A stretch of 64,000 bases of DNA from Candidatus Hermodarchaeota archaeon (GCA_048885865.1 JBHLLF010000004.1:64001-128000), one strand, 5' to 3'; numbered from the stretch's first letter, positions 1-10,335 are shown. Program-made: numbers and translations. Notes: generated by a model not told the origin, from the letters alone.

Positions 1-326
1 TTATACGTATTGATTGGATTGGCTGCGATTAGGTATGGAAGAGATCTTTGGTTGTCTCCTCGAGATCTGTTGAAGACTGCTTCGGCTTGCTTCCAAGAAC
101 AGTCTAATGCAACCAAGCCTGATCTGTGCACGTATTCATAGTCAGCAGGAGAGAATGCTATTTCTGACACAGGATTGAGAACCACAGCACCTCTAGGAGT
201 TCGTCGTAGGTCCTTGACTATCGTTGCTCTTTTCATTCTACCTAAGCGTAATCCAGTGCATTTCTTTGGGTCACATTGTGCAGCGTGATAGATGATGATT
301 CTTGGGGAATTGAAACTGCGCTCCAT
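1..326 (-). CDS. tsr3: 16S rRNA aminocarboxypropyltransferase Tsr3 (3'-truncated by window edge; not in ORF track)
   Basis: Manual translation from ATG 326: MERSFNSPRIIIYHAAQCDPKKCTG...LDCSW...RSLPYLIAANP; CDPKKC, DCSW and LPxLxAANP are Tsr3 motifs. Confidence 0.92.
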   Translation of the reverse strand, partial: MERSFNSPRIIIYHAAQCDPKKCTGLRLGRMKRATIVKDLRRTPRGAVVLNPVSEIAFSPADYEYVHRSGLVALDCSWKQAEAVFNRSRGDNQRSLPYLIAANPINTY

Positions 327-383
327 GACAGTGTTACGTAGTTGCGCAACAGATTTCAGGCTTCCTCTTGATTCTCGGAATGG

Positions 384-656
384 ATGAACGAGTTGATACG
401 CTTTACTCCTGGTGGTTCATGTGAAAGCTGCGGAGCAGATACTGCAGATCTCGGAAAGTGCGATATGTGTGGGGCATTTTGCTGTAAGGAATGTACAGCT
501 GATGGAATATGTTTCACATGCATAGAGGCTCGATGTTTCATCTGTAAGGAGCAGCTCTCATCACGTGCATGCAATGAGTGTGGTCGGCTGGTCTGTGAAG
601 ACCACGGCACCAAGGAAAATGAGGTGACAATCTGTCAACTGTGTCAGGCGAAGTAA
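384..656 (+). CDS. Small tandem zinc-finger protein
   Basis: Eight CxxC/CxxH pairs in 90 aa, in two similar units; 2 nt from the probable tiaS start. Confidence 0.75.
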   Translation: MNELIRFTPGGSCESCGADTADLGKCDMCGAFCCKECTADGICFTCIEARCFICKEQLSSRACNECGRLVCEDHGTKENEVTICQLCQAK

Positions 657-658
657 TC

Positions 659-1993
659 ATGATGTCCAAAGAGATACATCTCGGAATGGATGACATTGAT
701 AGCCCCAGAGGCGGTTGCACTACCCACTTCGCTAGTCTTGTTGTTGAGATGCTTACAGAGCGGGGAGCACAATGGATAGACTACCCCAATCTAATTCGTC
801 TAAACCCGAATATCCCCTTCAGAACCCGAGGAAATGGAGCAGTTGCCTTAAGATTCAGAATTGGAGCAGACAAAGCCGCAGATCTTCTCCCGGTATTGAA
901 GAAAATGATTCACAAGTATGTAGAATTGGAATATCCAAATACTAATCCAGGAGTGGTCCTCGTGGAGGGAACAATTCCAAGAGAAGTTCATGATTTCTCT
1001 GAGAGAGCTATTTGGCGGACAATATCGATTGCCATCGCAAGGCGAATTCTCGAGAGATATAGCATCCAACATATCTGGGATGGAAATGGGCGGGGTCTAA
1101 TTGGTGCCCTTGCTGCAGTTGGGAATCAACTTCCTCAAGACCACACATACGAGTTTATAGCTTATCGCCCTCTGGAGATATCAGACATGCCGCGTGGTGT
1201 TTATGACAACTCAGTAGCTGAGATGAATCGTGTAATGGGAGAGCAACTGTTCTCTAGCATTGATCTGGGGACAGATAGAACGCTTATTGCACCTCATGGT
1301 CCGGATCCAGTTCTATACGGAATCCGGGGGGAAAATTCAGAGGATGTGATATCTGCTGCGTCCTATGTCCGGAGTGAGTCTTCAATTGAGAGATGGATGG
1401 TCTTTAGAAGTAATCAAGGCACAGGAGCACATCTGAAGAATGTCGTCTATATCTCCGATTTGAGACCGTATATGGCAGCAATTGTACATGGCGTGATAGA
1501 GAGAGACCCTAAGATGATTGAGGGGGGGCATGCAATCTTCGGAATTAGCGACTGCTCTGGGCATATTGATTGTGCTGCCTATGAGCCAACTGGGGAGTTC
1601 AGAGATATTGTAGCTAGATTGGCAAGAGGTGATCAGCTACTTGTTCATGCTGCAGTACGTCCGGCCTCAAGAACACATGGTCCTACTTTGAATGTAGAAG
1701 GAATCGAGATTATCAGGCTCGTGAAGAGAATCAAGATGCTCAATCCACTCTGCCCCAATTGCTCTAAGAGAATGAAGAGTGCTGGAAAAGGACAGGGCTA
1801 CAAATGTATCAAGTGCGGCTTCAAGGACCCCCTCGGTACTAAAACGGAGGTTGCCCTTGAAAGGGAGCTTGAAGAGAAGGTCTATCTCCCTCCTCTGAGA
1901 GCACAGAGGCATTTGACGAGACCCCTTGAAAGGATGAATCGCAGAAATGCGGGTATTCCGGAGGGTCTAGTGGATAATTGGCATTTTCCGTGA
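659..1993 (+). CDS. tiaS: tRNA(Ile2) 2-agmatinylcytidine synthetase
   Basis: GMDDIDSPRGGCTT, LIRLNPNIPFRTRGNGA, PHGPDPVLYGIRG, SNQGT, OB fold, CPNC..CIKC ribbon, RHL. Confidence 0.97.
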   Translation: MMSKEIHLGMDDIDSPRGGCTTHFASLVVEMLTERGAQWIDYPNLIRLNPNIPFRTRGNGAVALRFRIGADKAADLLPVLKKMIHKYVELEYPNTNPGVVLVEGTIPREVHDFSERAIWRTISIAIARRILERYSIQHIWDGNGRGLIGALAAVGNQLPQDHTYEFIAYRPLEISDMPRGVYDNSVAEMNRVMGEQLFSSIDLGTDRTLIAPHGPDPVLYGIRGENSEDVISAASYVRSESSIERWMVFRSNQGTGAHLKNVVYISDLRPYMAAIVHGVIERDPKMIEGGHAIFGISDCSGHIDCAAYEPTGEFRDIVARLARGDQLLVHAAVRPASRTHGPTLNVEGIEIIRLVKRIKMLNPLCPNCSKRMKSAGKGQGYKCIKCGFKDPLGTKTEVALERELEEKVYLPPLRAQRHLTRPLERMNRRNAGIPEGLVDNWHFP

Positions 1994-2027
1994 GCAGGAA
2001 CCAATATGCAATTCAAACGATTGGGGG

Positions 2028-2429
2028 CTAGACACGTCTGCCTCGGCGTCCGCCAGGCTTCCTTGTGCCATCATGAGGAATGGGTGTTACCTCGTCAATG
2101 ATTCCAATTCTCAGACCTGCTCTACTCAATGCCCGTATTGCAGCTTGAGCGCCAGGCCCTGGTGTCTTTGGACCACTTCCACCAGGAGCTCGTACTCGGA
2201 TGTGAATTCCATAAACTCCCTTGTCTTTGGCTTCTCTCGCGGCCTGAAAGGCTGCTTGCATGGCCGCATGTGGGGAGGATTCATTTCGGTCTGCTTTGAC
2301 CATCATCCCACCACTGTATCTAGCAATGGTTTCAGCACCTGTTATGTCAGTGATGTGAACAATAGTATCGTTATATGATGCGAAAATATGAGCCACTGCC
2401 CATTTGTCACGCTCTTCCTTTCTGCTCAA
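2028..2429 (-). CDS. rps11: 30S ribosomal protein uS11
   Basis: [40 protein letters not shown]. Confidence 0.98.
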   Translation of the reverse strand: MSRKEERDKWAVAHIFASYNDTIVHITDITGAETIARYSGGMMVKADRNESSPHAAMQAAFQAAREAKDKGVYGIHIRVRAPGGSGPKTPGPGAQAAIRALSRAGLRIGIIDEVTPIPHDGTRKPGGRRGRRV

Positions 2430-3097
2430 TCTCTATCACCTCTCCCACGCCTTTCATCAGGTCCTGGCTTTGAGTCCCTGAACTCGCCAGAGTCAGGCAT
2501 ACGCCTACGCTCTCGAGGAGGACGCCCTTCCTCTTCATAGTCGTCCTCTGTAGCCTCAGCAGTTATCCTTTGAGCCGCAGCAGAGGCTGCAATGCGTGCT
2601 GGATGTGATTCATCGTTCAAGGCAGATTTTGCAGTATATCTGATGCGGTCTTCTTCTGCAACTGTGATGAGCCTCGAAGGAGTGGTAACCTTTGCCTGAT
2701 CAAGGGCAACATGTCCATGAGTAACGAGTTGTCTAGCATGATGTGCTGAGCTAGCCATGCCTTTTCTGAAGACAATTGTCTGCAATCGTCGCTCAAGTAG
2801 ATTCTCAAGTGTAAGGTCAAGTACACTGTCTAGAGTCTGCTCACCTGTGAGTGCTCCAAGGCGGACAAGCTTCCCAATGAGATCAGATTCCAGAGTGGCT
2901 CGCTCGTCAGCTGTCAGAGCCAGGAGGTTTCGGGCCTGCCTCCTGTAGCGGGACAGCTCTGTCTTATGTCTCCATAGTTCTCTCTTGTTTCTAAGCCCAT
3001 AAGTACCAATAAACTGTAATTCACTTTCGAACCTGTCGCTATCGAACGGGCGCTTAGGGCTTACGTACTTCTTCTTCTGGCGCCTCGGATCTCCCAT
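2426..3097 (-). CDS. rps4: 30S ribosomal protein uS4 with charged C-terminal tail
   Basis: [32 protein letters not shown]. Confidence 0.98.
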   Translation of the reverse strand: MGDPRRQKKKYVSPKRPFDSDRFESELQFIGTYGLRNKRELWRHKTELSRYRRQARNLLALTADERATLESDLIGKLVRLGALTGEQTLDSVLDLTLENLLERRLQTIVFRKGMASSAHHARQLVTHGHVALDQAKVTTPSRLITVAEEDRIRYTAKSALNDESHPARIAASAAAQRITAEATEDDYEEEGRPPRERRRMPDSGEFRDSKPGPDERRGRGDRD

Positions 3098-3117
3098 TAT
3101 ATTCTGACCTCAATGAA

Positions 3118-3567
3118 CTATGCTTTCTTTCGTGATACTCCTACAGCTGCTCCACCACGACCAGTTGTCCGGGTATGCTGACCTCTCACCTTCAGACCAA
3201 GTGAATGACGAACTCCTCTCCATGACCGGATGCGTTTGAGGCGGTCGATGTCGCTTCTGTGGGCAAACTCCAAGTCCGGGCCTGTTAAATGCAGGTTCCT
3301 TCCGCTTGTGCGATCGCGTGACCTGTTGACATACCAATGTGGCAATCCAATTCCTACAGGATCCTTGACAATCTTCTCAATCTCGCTGATTTGGTCATCA
3401 GTTATGTAGCCCAGTCTGCTGTATGGATCAAGTTTGAGCTGGGTGAGAATCGCCTTTGATAGTCTAAGGCCCACTCCACTGATCCGGGTGAGACCTTGGA
3501 GTAGATTCTCTTGACCGTCGATGTCACGACCGGCCACACGTACGATATGTCGATATTCCTCTGCCAT
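3118..3567 (-). CDS. rps13: 30S ribosomal protein uS13
   Basis: HIVRVAGRDIDG, SWRGVRHSLGLKVRGQHTRTTGR. Confidence 0.98.
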   Translation of the reverse strand: MAEEYRHIVRVAGRDIDGQENLLQGLTRISGVGLRLSKAILTQLKLDPYSRLGYITDDQISEIEKIVKDPVGIGLPHWYVNRSRDRTSGRNLHLTGPDLEFAHRSDIDRLKRIRSWRGVRHSLGLKVRGQHTRTTGRGGAAVGVSRKKA

Positions 3568-3756
3568 GGTCTATAACCTCATCTGGACTGGTCTGAGGCT
3601 ATCTCGCCTTTTGGAGTTGCCTTATAATAGTTGCCATCAAGCCACGCTTTCTGATGTGCTTTAGACGTGATAGAGCATATCCTGTTTTTGGAGGAGTTCA
3701 AATTGGACTGTATATACTAGCAACTAGCAGGTAACGCGAGGCAGCAGGAGGACTGA

Positions 3757-4164
3757 TTGATGACTGACGCACGTCCAAAGCAAACTAGCATAGAAGCTGA
3801 AAGAAGAGCCACACCCTCAGCAATGGCAGATCTTCCGATTATACTTAAGGGGCTGCTTTTAGGATCTGTTAACAGTGCGCAACGAAGGAAATCAGTCCTA
3901 TTGTCATCAAACAGCCTCGCCAACAGGTTTATCCTGGAAAAATGGGGAATTCGTCCTTCTCAGAGAAAGCGGAACAAGAATCTATTCTCAATCTCCAGAA
4001 AACACGCACGCAGGCTATTTCGTCGACTATTGAACCGAGGTCGATTCGAATGGACCACATCTGAAGGCGAAGTGGCATTCGGAGTGTACAGGTATGATGA
4101 GATACGGGGAAATCTGATTTTGGCATTTGTAAAATTGGACCCAGAGTCACCTTGGAATATATAA
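3757..4164 (+). CDS. Basic hypothetical protein (possible nucleic-acid binder)
   Basis: GGAGG SD upstream; Arg/Lys-rich helices followed by a beta hairpin. Confidence 0.65.
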   Translation: MMTDARPKQTSIEAERRATPSAMADLPIILKGLLLGSVNSAQRRKSVLLSSNSLANRFILEKWGIRPSQRKRNKNLFSISRKHARRLFRRLLNRGRFEWTTSEGEVAFGVYRYDEIRGNLILAFVKLDPESPWNI

Positions 4165-4165
4165 T

Positions 4166-4597
4166 TTGGAACTCAAGGGAGAAAGTTCGAAAGTCAAAGG
4201 CTATGCTTCCCAGAAGATTAGCCTCTTTAGCAACCACTTCCCTATACAAACCACCATGCTATTGTCTGGCTTGATTGGAGTGCTTTTCGGCAGATATCTC
4301 TCAGACAAGAAGTATTTTCTCATCATAGCATTGGCAATTGGATTTGTGTTCGGAGTCTTCGGAGAAATGGGATTGGTATATCCATTCTATATTAAATTGA
4401 ATCCAGAGTTTACACATTACGAGCTCTTCTTCTTGGATGCCAACTTCAAGCTCTTCGAGATCCCGACATTGACTAGCCCTCTATTTGCGATCCCTCCGAT
4501 TGTATATGCCATATTTGTGACTGCAAGTATGGGGGGAGTCCTACTTGGATATGCAATTGGGAATAAACTAAAGCCTCCTATGAGAGTGAGTGATTGA
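4166..4597 (+). CDS. Hypothetical membrane protein (start may be downstream)
   Basis: Three hydrophobic segments. Confidence 0.6.
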   Translation: MELKGESSKVKGYASQKISLFSNHFPIQTTMLLSGLIGVLFGRYLSDKKYFLIIALAIGFVFGVFGEMGLVYPFYIKLNPEFTHYELFFLDANFKLFEIPTLTSPLFAIPPIVYAIFVTASMGGVLLGYAIGNKLKPPMRVSD

Positions 4598-4613
4598 GAA
4601 ATCAAAAGGGAAG

Positions 4614-4733
4614 TGGCGCCGAGGATGAGATTTGAACTCATGCCTCCTATTGGAGAACAGCTGTCTATACGACAATCATAAGACGACTGTGGGTTCCAGG
4701 CTGTCGCCGTGAACCGGGCTTGGCTACCTCGGC
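4614..4733 (-). tRNA. tRNA-Ser(GGA) with 31-nt intron at 37/38 (4663-4693); CCA encoded
   Basis: Acceptor GCCGAGG/CCTCGGC+GCCA; anticodon stem ACAGC/GCTGT; loop CT-GGA-A|intron|A; long variable arm CTCC-AATA-GGAG; T-loop TTCAAAT. Confidence 0.95.
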
Positions 4734-4785
4734 ATAGCAGCTCTCTGCTTGGTTAGTGTGGTTTTAAGGGTGACGCTGATTACGT

Positions 4786-5565
4786 TCACTCGAGTGTGAA
4801 CTGCCTATTGAATATGCTATTTCTATAACAGGCTTGGATACACTTTCCGCACACATCATGTGTGAGGCCCTCGGACTGGAGATGCACGATATACTTCCGA
4901 CAGTTCTCTCTGTAGTTGGGCAATTTCTCGCGGTTCTTGATGAATGTGCAGACATCTTCACACGCATGGCACTTGCCACATTGCGAATCCATTTTTCCTG
5001 GAGCTGTTAGCGGATATGTGGTCAGCACTGAGGCGAATCGAATAGCACAACTGAACTTCTCGTTTATGAGCAGGCCATTCTTCCCTCTCCATCCCAAGCC
5101 TGCCATCTCAGCTACCACACGATGGGAAATTGTGAGACCATAGTAGTCAGTGACATGCTTGACTTTGTCTGTGATCCCTTGAAGAGTTGCAGTAATCGGG
5201 ATGCCGTCGAATCGATCTGCAACTGCATGTGATGTTTGGTCTAGTAGTCGATTTAGTCGCGCATACTCTCTGCTGTAAAAGTTCCAGAGCTCATAATCAG
5301 TTCGGCCATCTGTTGCTATGTTTATAGCATCAATTGCGGCATCTTGATAGACTATTCCGAATGAGATTATCGATCCAGAATCCATCAGTTCATCAAACTT
5401 GTCTGCCGCTATGTCCACAAGCTTCTCCTTCTGAATAGGCATAAGCTCATCATACACGTCCTTGAACACTGCAAATCCAACGACACCCTTGCAGGAGATG
5501 CTCTCAAGATAGTCTTCCACGAAGGTTCGTATAGCGTCCTCCATATCCATATTGCTCACATTCAC
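4786..5565 (-). CDS. Epoxyqueuosine reductase (QueG)-like double 4Fe-4S protein
   Basis: SHRVVAEMAGLGWRGKNGLLI, RFASVLT, CGKCHACEDVC, CGKCIQAC. Confidence 0.85.
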   Translation of the reverse strand: MNVSNMDMEDAIRTFVEDYLESISCKGVVGFAVFKDVYDELMPIQKEKLVDIAADKFDELMDSGSIISFGIVYQDAAIDAINIATDGRTDYELWNFYSREYARLNRLLDQTSHAVADRFDGIPITATLQGITDKVKHVTDYYGLTISHRVVAEMAGLGWRGKNGLLINEKFSCAIRFASVLTTYPLTAPGKMDSQCGKCHACEDVCTFIKNREKLPNYRENCRKYIVHLQSEGLTHDVCGKCIQACYRNSIFNRQFTLE

Positions 5566-6620
5566 GTACCCTTGTATCCGCTCTGTCCTAGAAAAGTGAT
5601 TTCTCCAACATAGTCAGTTGTCATCATTTTTCGTACTTGATCCGGCTCGCTCGTTCTACCGAGAATCCAAGCCAGTTTAACTACTGCCGCTTCCGAGGTC
5701 ATGTCATAAGCACTCATCGCACCAGCTTCCGCAGCAACCCACCCGACTTCATACATCGAAAGGTCTGCCTGACCAAAAGCACATTGTGAACTGATAACGA
5801 CAAAGCAACCACGACTCACAGCCTTTCTAATTGCCCCGGCAATTGCATTCTCTTCGGAGGGGATGTTTCCTGCTCCAAAGCCTTCAATCACAATACCTTT
5901 GTATCCCATTTCAAGTATCATGGGAAGAATATCTGGTTGGAGACCTGGGAATACTTTTAGAAGCCAGACTCTGTCGCTGAGTCGTGTATCAAACTTGGGG
6001 ACTAGATTGCTACGCTTCTTTCTCCCCTCATATAGGATGATATCACGCGCAAGCACCCCGAGGGGCGTAGGATCCATTGAATCAAAGGCATCGTATGAGT
6101 TGACTCGCAGCTTTTTGATTCGCGTGCCCCTGTGAATTTCACCGTTGAATACAATGCATGTTTCACCGATGTCCCCAAAAGCAGCAACCCTGATTGCATC
6201 TATGAGGTTGCGTGGACCATCACTCCATGGAATGGTAGCAGGTATCTGCGCTCCGGTGAAGACGATTGGCTTCCCGAAATCTCTGACCATGAAACTCACA
6301 GCTGCTGCGGAGTATGCCATTGTGTCTGTGCCATGAGACACAACGATGCCTTGAAGATCTGGCATCTCCTCATGTATGTCCATGATAGCAGATGCGAGCT
6401 CCTGCCAATGATGAGGCTGTGCGTTGGCTGAATCAAGCTGAAAGAGCTCTCTTTGAACAACCTCTACATTGCCCATGCCTTTAGGAAGACTCTCAAGCAG
6501 CGCAGGAACAGAGAGTCCTGGTCTCAGTGCCTGTGTCTGGGGATCATATACACTTGAGATTGTACCCCCGGTGGTGATTAGACATACTTTGGCATTCACG
6601 CTCTCTGACAACATCTTCAC
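5562..6620 (-). CDS. ansA: L-asparaginase, type I
   Basis: TTGGTIS, HGTDTM, PIVFTGAQ, DMTSEAAVVKLAWILG. Confidence 0.92.
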   Translation of the reverse strand: MKMLSESVNAKVCLITTGGTISSVYDPQTQALRPGLSVPALLESLPKGMGNVEVVQRELFQLDSANAQPHHWQELASAIMDIHEEMPDLQGIVVSHGTDTMAYSAAAVSFMVRDFGKPIVFTGAQIPATIPWSDGPRNLIDAIRVAAFGDIGETCIVFNGEIHRGTRIKKLRVNSYDAFDSMDPTPLGVLARDIILYEGRKKRSNLVPKFDTRLSDRVWLLKVFPGLQPDILPMILEMGYKGIVIEGFGAGNIPSEENAIAGAIRKAVSRGCFVVISSQCAFGQADLSMYEVGWVAAEAGAMSAYDMTSEAAVVKLAWILGRTSEPDQVRKMMTTDYVGEITFLGQSGYKGT

Positions 6621-6691
6621 CGAACAGGGAGATATTGATATGATTTATTGCTGTTGTGATACTTCTAATGAGCACCGCTTGGTGATTTTCT

Positions 6692-7897
6692 ATGCATGAT
6701 CTCGTGATTGTTGGAGGAGGGCCAGCTGGAGCATCATGTGCTAGAGCTGCGGCGCTGGGCGGTCTAGATGTACTCCTGATAGAGAAAGAAGTTCATCCGC
6801 GAGATAAGCTGTGTGCTGGCGTTCTCACGCATCGAGTTGCGGACTTAGTGGACTTTGATATTGAACCAGCCACAGAGCTGCGTTTTTCTGGAGGAAGAGT
6901 ATATTCTGGAAAAGGGACCTATTTTGAATTCACAATTGATGAGCGGTTCGCAGGATATCTTGTGAAGCGACGGACTTTTGACAAGTACCTTATTGAGAGA
7001 GCCATCGATGCTGGGGCGGAGGTTATTCAGGGCACAAAGGCGGTTGGTGTTGAACAGACACGGTCAGGAATACGAGTGTTAACCGTTGGCGACTCCTATA
7101 AGGCACAATTGCTAGTTGGTGCAGACGGTGTAAATGGAATTGTAGCTAGACAAGTGGGCTTGCGTGATAGGTGGGAATCAGACAAAGTCGGACTCTGCAT
7201 TTCTGCAGACATTCCTGTTGGAGAAAATGAAATCAAACGTTGTATGTCCCTCTCTGACTTTGAGAAATCAATTGGAGTCGATGTTCATTTTGGATTAATC
7301 CAATGGGGTTACGGATGGTGTTTCCCAAAGAAAGATGAGTTGAGTGTGGGAATTGGGACGCGATTGGACCTATCTTCGAATCTCAAAGACCATTGGAAGT
7401 CCTTTGTGAAGAGGGTGGAAGAAGCAAAGGGTCTGAAGTTAGACCTATCTCGACAGAGTGCGTTCAGAGTTCCTCTGGGAATCCCCAAGACATCACTTGT
7501 GGCTAGAAGGACAATGCTGGTAGGAGACGCAGCAGGACTAGTATCGTCGCTATCTGGGGAGGGAATATTCTATGCAATGGAATCAGGCATCATTGCTGCG
7601 AAAGTAGCTTGTGAGGCTGCAGAGAAGAAGAAACCATCACATGTGATGGAATATGGAAAAATTGTCAAGGAGAGCATATTGAGCGATTTGGCTGCAGCTG
7701 AGTATCTAGCAAAAATCCTATACAAGTCAATTGAGAACATAGACGTTATGCTACAAATCATTAGCGAGGATCTTATCATGCGCAAACATCTCATTGACAT
7801 TCTGGCAGGAGTCAGGCCTTTTGTTGACATAAGGAAAGACATGATGAAACGAATGCTTATGAAATACCCACTGAAAGCCCTCAAATTGAGATTCTAG
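6692..7897 (+). CDS. Geranylgeranyl reductase family FAD oxidoreductase
   Basis: GGGPAG, PRDKLCAG, GADG, GYGWCFPK, VGDAAG..GEGI. Confidence 0.92.
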   Translation: MHDLVIVGGGPAGASCARAAALGGLDVLLIEKEVHPRDKLCAGVLTHRVADLVDFDIEPATELRFSGGRVYSGKGTYFEFTIDERFAGYLVKRRTFDKYLIERAIDAGAEVIQGTKAVGVEQTRSGIRVLTVGDSYKAQLLVGADGVNGIVARQVGLRDRWESDKVGLCISADIPVGENEIKRCMSLSDFEKSIGVDVHFGLIQWGYGWCFPKKDELSVGIGTRLDLSSNLKDHWKSFVKRVEEAKGLKLDLSRQSAFRVPLGIPKTSLVARRTMLVGDAAGLVSSLSGEGIFYAMESGIIAAKVACEAAEKKKPSHVMEYGKIVKESILSDLAAAEYLAKILYKSIENIDVMLQIISEDLIMRKHLIDILAGVRPFVDIRKDMMKRMLMKYPLKALKLRF

Positions 7898-8865
7898 TCA
7901 GGATTAGTCGAGTCTATAACTGAGCTTTCTCCACTAGCATTCAATGTAATGCGCATCATATCACTAGCAAGTATTGTTTGTGGAAAGATAGACCGGGCCT
8001 CTTCAAGTATCTGCTCGCCATTCTCATATCTGGGACTATAATGTGTGAGAACAAGCAGGTGAACTCCTGAATATTTAGCGACCTCAGCAGCTGAGGCTGC
8101 AGTCATATGGCCTCGTTCCTCTGCAAGATCTGAATGTTCAGAAGTATACATGGCTTCTGAGATCAAAATGTCCGCACCTCTTGCAGCATCGCGTAGTGTG
8201 TCACAAGCTCTGGTGTCTCCAGAATATACAATCTTCAATGGTCTGGGTTTGGGAGCGGTGACATCTTCAGGCCTGATTTCTGTCCCATTGGCAAGAGTAA
8301 CTGGATTGCCATCTGCAAGTTGTCCCCATAGCGGACCTTTAGGTACACCCATCTTCCTAGCCATCTCAGGTTTAAACTCTCCAGTAGGCCGCTGATATGT
8401 CAGTTCATAACCAAATGCCAGACCTCGATGGTCCACTTCAAACGCTCGAACCTGTAAGTTATCAGCATCAAAGAGGGTTCCACTACTGATACCGTAGACT
8501 GTTGTCTTGAATGTGGTTCCTAGATTTATTGTGGCCTGGTTCATTTTGACATAGGGGATTAGCTCAGGTGGTCCATAGATTTCTAGGGGTTTGATTCTAC
8601 CTAGGAGGGAGAATCTAAGTAGCAGACCCCCTAGGCCGAGGACATGGTCTCCATGCATATGGGTTATGAGTATTGACATCTTCTTGTTTTGCCCCAGACT
8701 GGCAAGCTCAAACTGCCTCTGAGCATCCTCTCCGCAGTCCAGCATCAGATTCCATCCACTATGACGAACAACAATCGCAGGATGATTTCTTCCAGCAGTT
8801 GGTATTGAACCACCAGTGCCCAAGAAGACAATGTCAATCAATTTGCCACCGCACGAATCGGTCAA
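7894..8865 (-). CDS. rnz: Ribonuclease Z
   Basis: FLGTGG, THMHGDH, GVPKGP flexible arm, YSGDT, THYSPRY. Confidence 0.96.
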   Translation of the reverse strand: MTDSCGGKLIDIVFLGTGGSIPTAGRNHPAIVVRHSGWNLMLDCGEDAQRQFELASLGQNKKMSILITHMHGDHVLGLGGLLLRFSLLGRIKPLEIYGPPELIPYVKMNQATINLGTTFKTTVYGISSGTLFDADNLQVRAFEVDHRGLAFGYELTYQRPTGEFKPEMARKMGVPKGPLWGQLADGNPVTLANGTEIRPEDVTAPKPRPLKIVYSGDTRACDTLRDAARGADILISEAMYTSEHSDLAEERGHMTAASAAEVAKYSGVHLLVLTHYSPRYENGEQILEEARSIFPQTILASDMMRITLNASGESSVIDSTNPD

Positions 8866-8902
8866 TAACGAACCAAGATATGAGTTGTGACTATGGCGGC
8901 AT

Positions 8903-10258
8903 CTATGCTAGATCGACTGGAATTGTTCCCTTATCGGCCTCTCGACGGGTACGACGGAATGAACGTACATCAAAGAAGTCGCCCTGATTCCATTTCCATG
9001 CTCTTTCACGGCGATCGAACATCGCGTCCGCCTTGAACACCTCCTCTGTGCCAGCTGATATTATGTGCGCTGAATAATCATCTACACGAGACATCCAGTT
9101 TGCCAGGGCTTCAATAAGCCCTTCGGAAGTTCCAGGAGGCAATGAAGCCATCTGGAGAACTCTTTTCTCCGAGGTTTCTAGATTTACGATTCTTGTAAGA
9201 TATGTTACCGGGAGAAGCCGCCACGCAGTTAGAATATTGCCAGCACATTCTGGGTCTGACAGAACCAGGACCCTATCCTTTAGGTGGGGCACTCTCACCC
9301 GAGTCCTGGGAACAACAACCCTTTCCTCCAGTAGAGAAGCCCTCTTCCGAAAGGCAGTGCTGTCGGACAAACCAGTGGCATCGACTATCTCATTTGCTGT
9401 TGCATCAAAATTGACGACTAGTTCGTCGATTATCTTCAGGTCCGCAGGTGTGAAGCGGATTCGCTCCTCAATGGGAGCTGAGTCGCTGACGATAATCTCA
9501 CTATCATTCTTTCTTATCTGGGTAGACCAATGGAACTTGTCAAATTCCCAACCGACTCGGGGTTTACAGTACGTTCCATCAAATCTCGACTGACCAGCTG
9601 AGAGTCTCCAAGCAGAAGCTTTTGATGATGTGCTTCTCAATGATCGTATCATGTCCAGAAGGTCACCTATCCTCTCACTGGGGAGAGTGGCTACCAACAG
9701 GACGAGTGGCTCAGACCCATCAACAAAGAGAGCCTTGGTGATATATGGGGAAGACAGGACTAATTCCGGAGCTTCAAGAAGCACCAACACGCGTTCAAGT
9801 CCTAACTTGGAAGCATTGAGAGCCCCTTCCATTCGAAGAACCTCGGCTCTTCTAAGACGCTGGACAGCACGTCTGGCTTGTGAGTAGCTCAATCCAGCAC
9901 GGCTGGCAAGTTCTCTGACTCCAATTCCTGGCTCAAAGAGACTCTCTCCAAGAACTGATTGTTCCGTGGAACTGAGAATTGACACATTTCGATGCCAGAT
10001 TTCCTCGATGAGTGTCCACACATCTTTCTGCGTGATGGACTCGACACCGCCAAGCGCCTCCACTTCATTGAGCCGAGCCTTTAGAGCCATACAGAGACTC
10101 CCACGATGACTCTCAGCGATTTGGATTAATCGGTCGATCTCTGGTCCGTGTTGAAACAAATCAAGCTCTTTCTTCTCCTCCAATCCACATACTATTTTGA
10201 TGAGGGTTCTGGCATCGTGAGAGAAATTCATTGTCTTGACTTCCGCTGAAATCAGCAC
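8903..10258 (-). CDS. Tandem winged-HTH (Lrp/AsnC-like) transcriptional regulator
   Basis: Two HTHs (VRELASRAGLSYSQARRAVQRL; ANEIVDATGLSDSTAFRK), each followed by an alpha/beta domain. Confidence 0.7.
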   Translation of the reverse strand: MLISAEVKTMNFSHDARTLIKIVCGLEEKKELDLFQHGPEIDRLIQIAESHRGSLCMALKARLNEVEALGGVESITQKDVWTLIEEIWHRNVSILSSTEQSVLGESLFEPGIGVRELASRAGLSYSQARRAVQRLRRAEVLRMEGALNASKLGLERVLVLLEAPELVLSSPYITKALFVDGSEPLVLLVATLPSERIGDLLDMIRSLRSTSSKASAWRLSAGQSRFDGTYCKPRVGWEFDKFHWSTQIRKNDSEIIVSDSAPIEERIRFTPADLKIIDELVVNFDATANEIVDATGLSDSTAFRKRASLLEERVVVPRTRVRVPHLKDRVLVLSDPECAGNILTAWRLLPVTYLTRIVNLETSEKRVLQMASLPPGTSEGLIEALANWMSRVDDYSAHIISAGTEEVFKADAMFDRRERAWKWNQGDFFDVRSFRRTRREADKGTIPVDLA

Positions 10259-10335
10259 GATAGATGACCTCCAAAGCAGTTTGTAATATACCCAGAACTG
10301 CGTTCTGGTGGAACAATAAAAGGTCCACAGAGAGG

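Noticed and set aside
3693-3706. GAGTTCAAAT resembling the tRNA-Ser T-loop, as a possible att site
   Set aside because: Opposite orientation to the tRNA, only about 10 nt, and no integrase nearby
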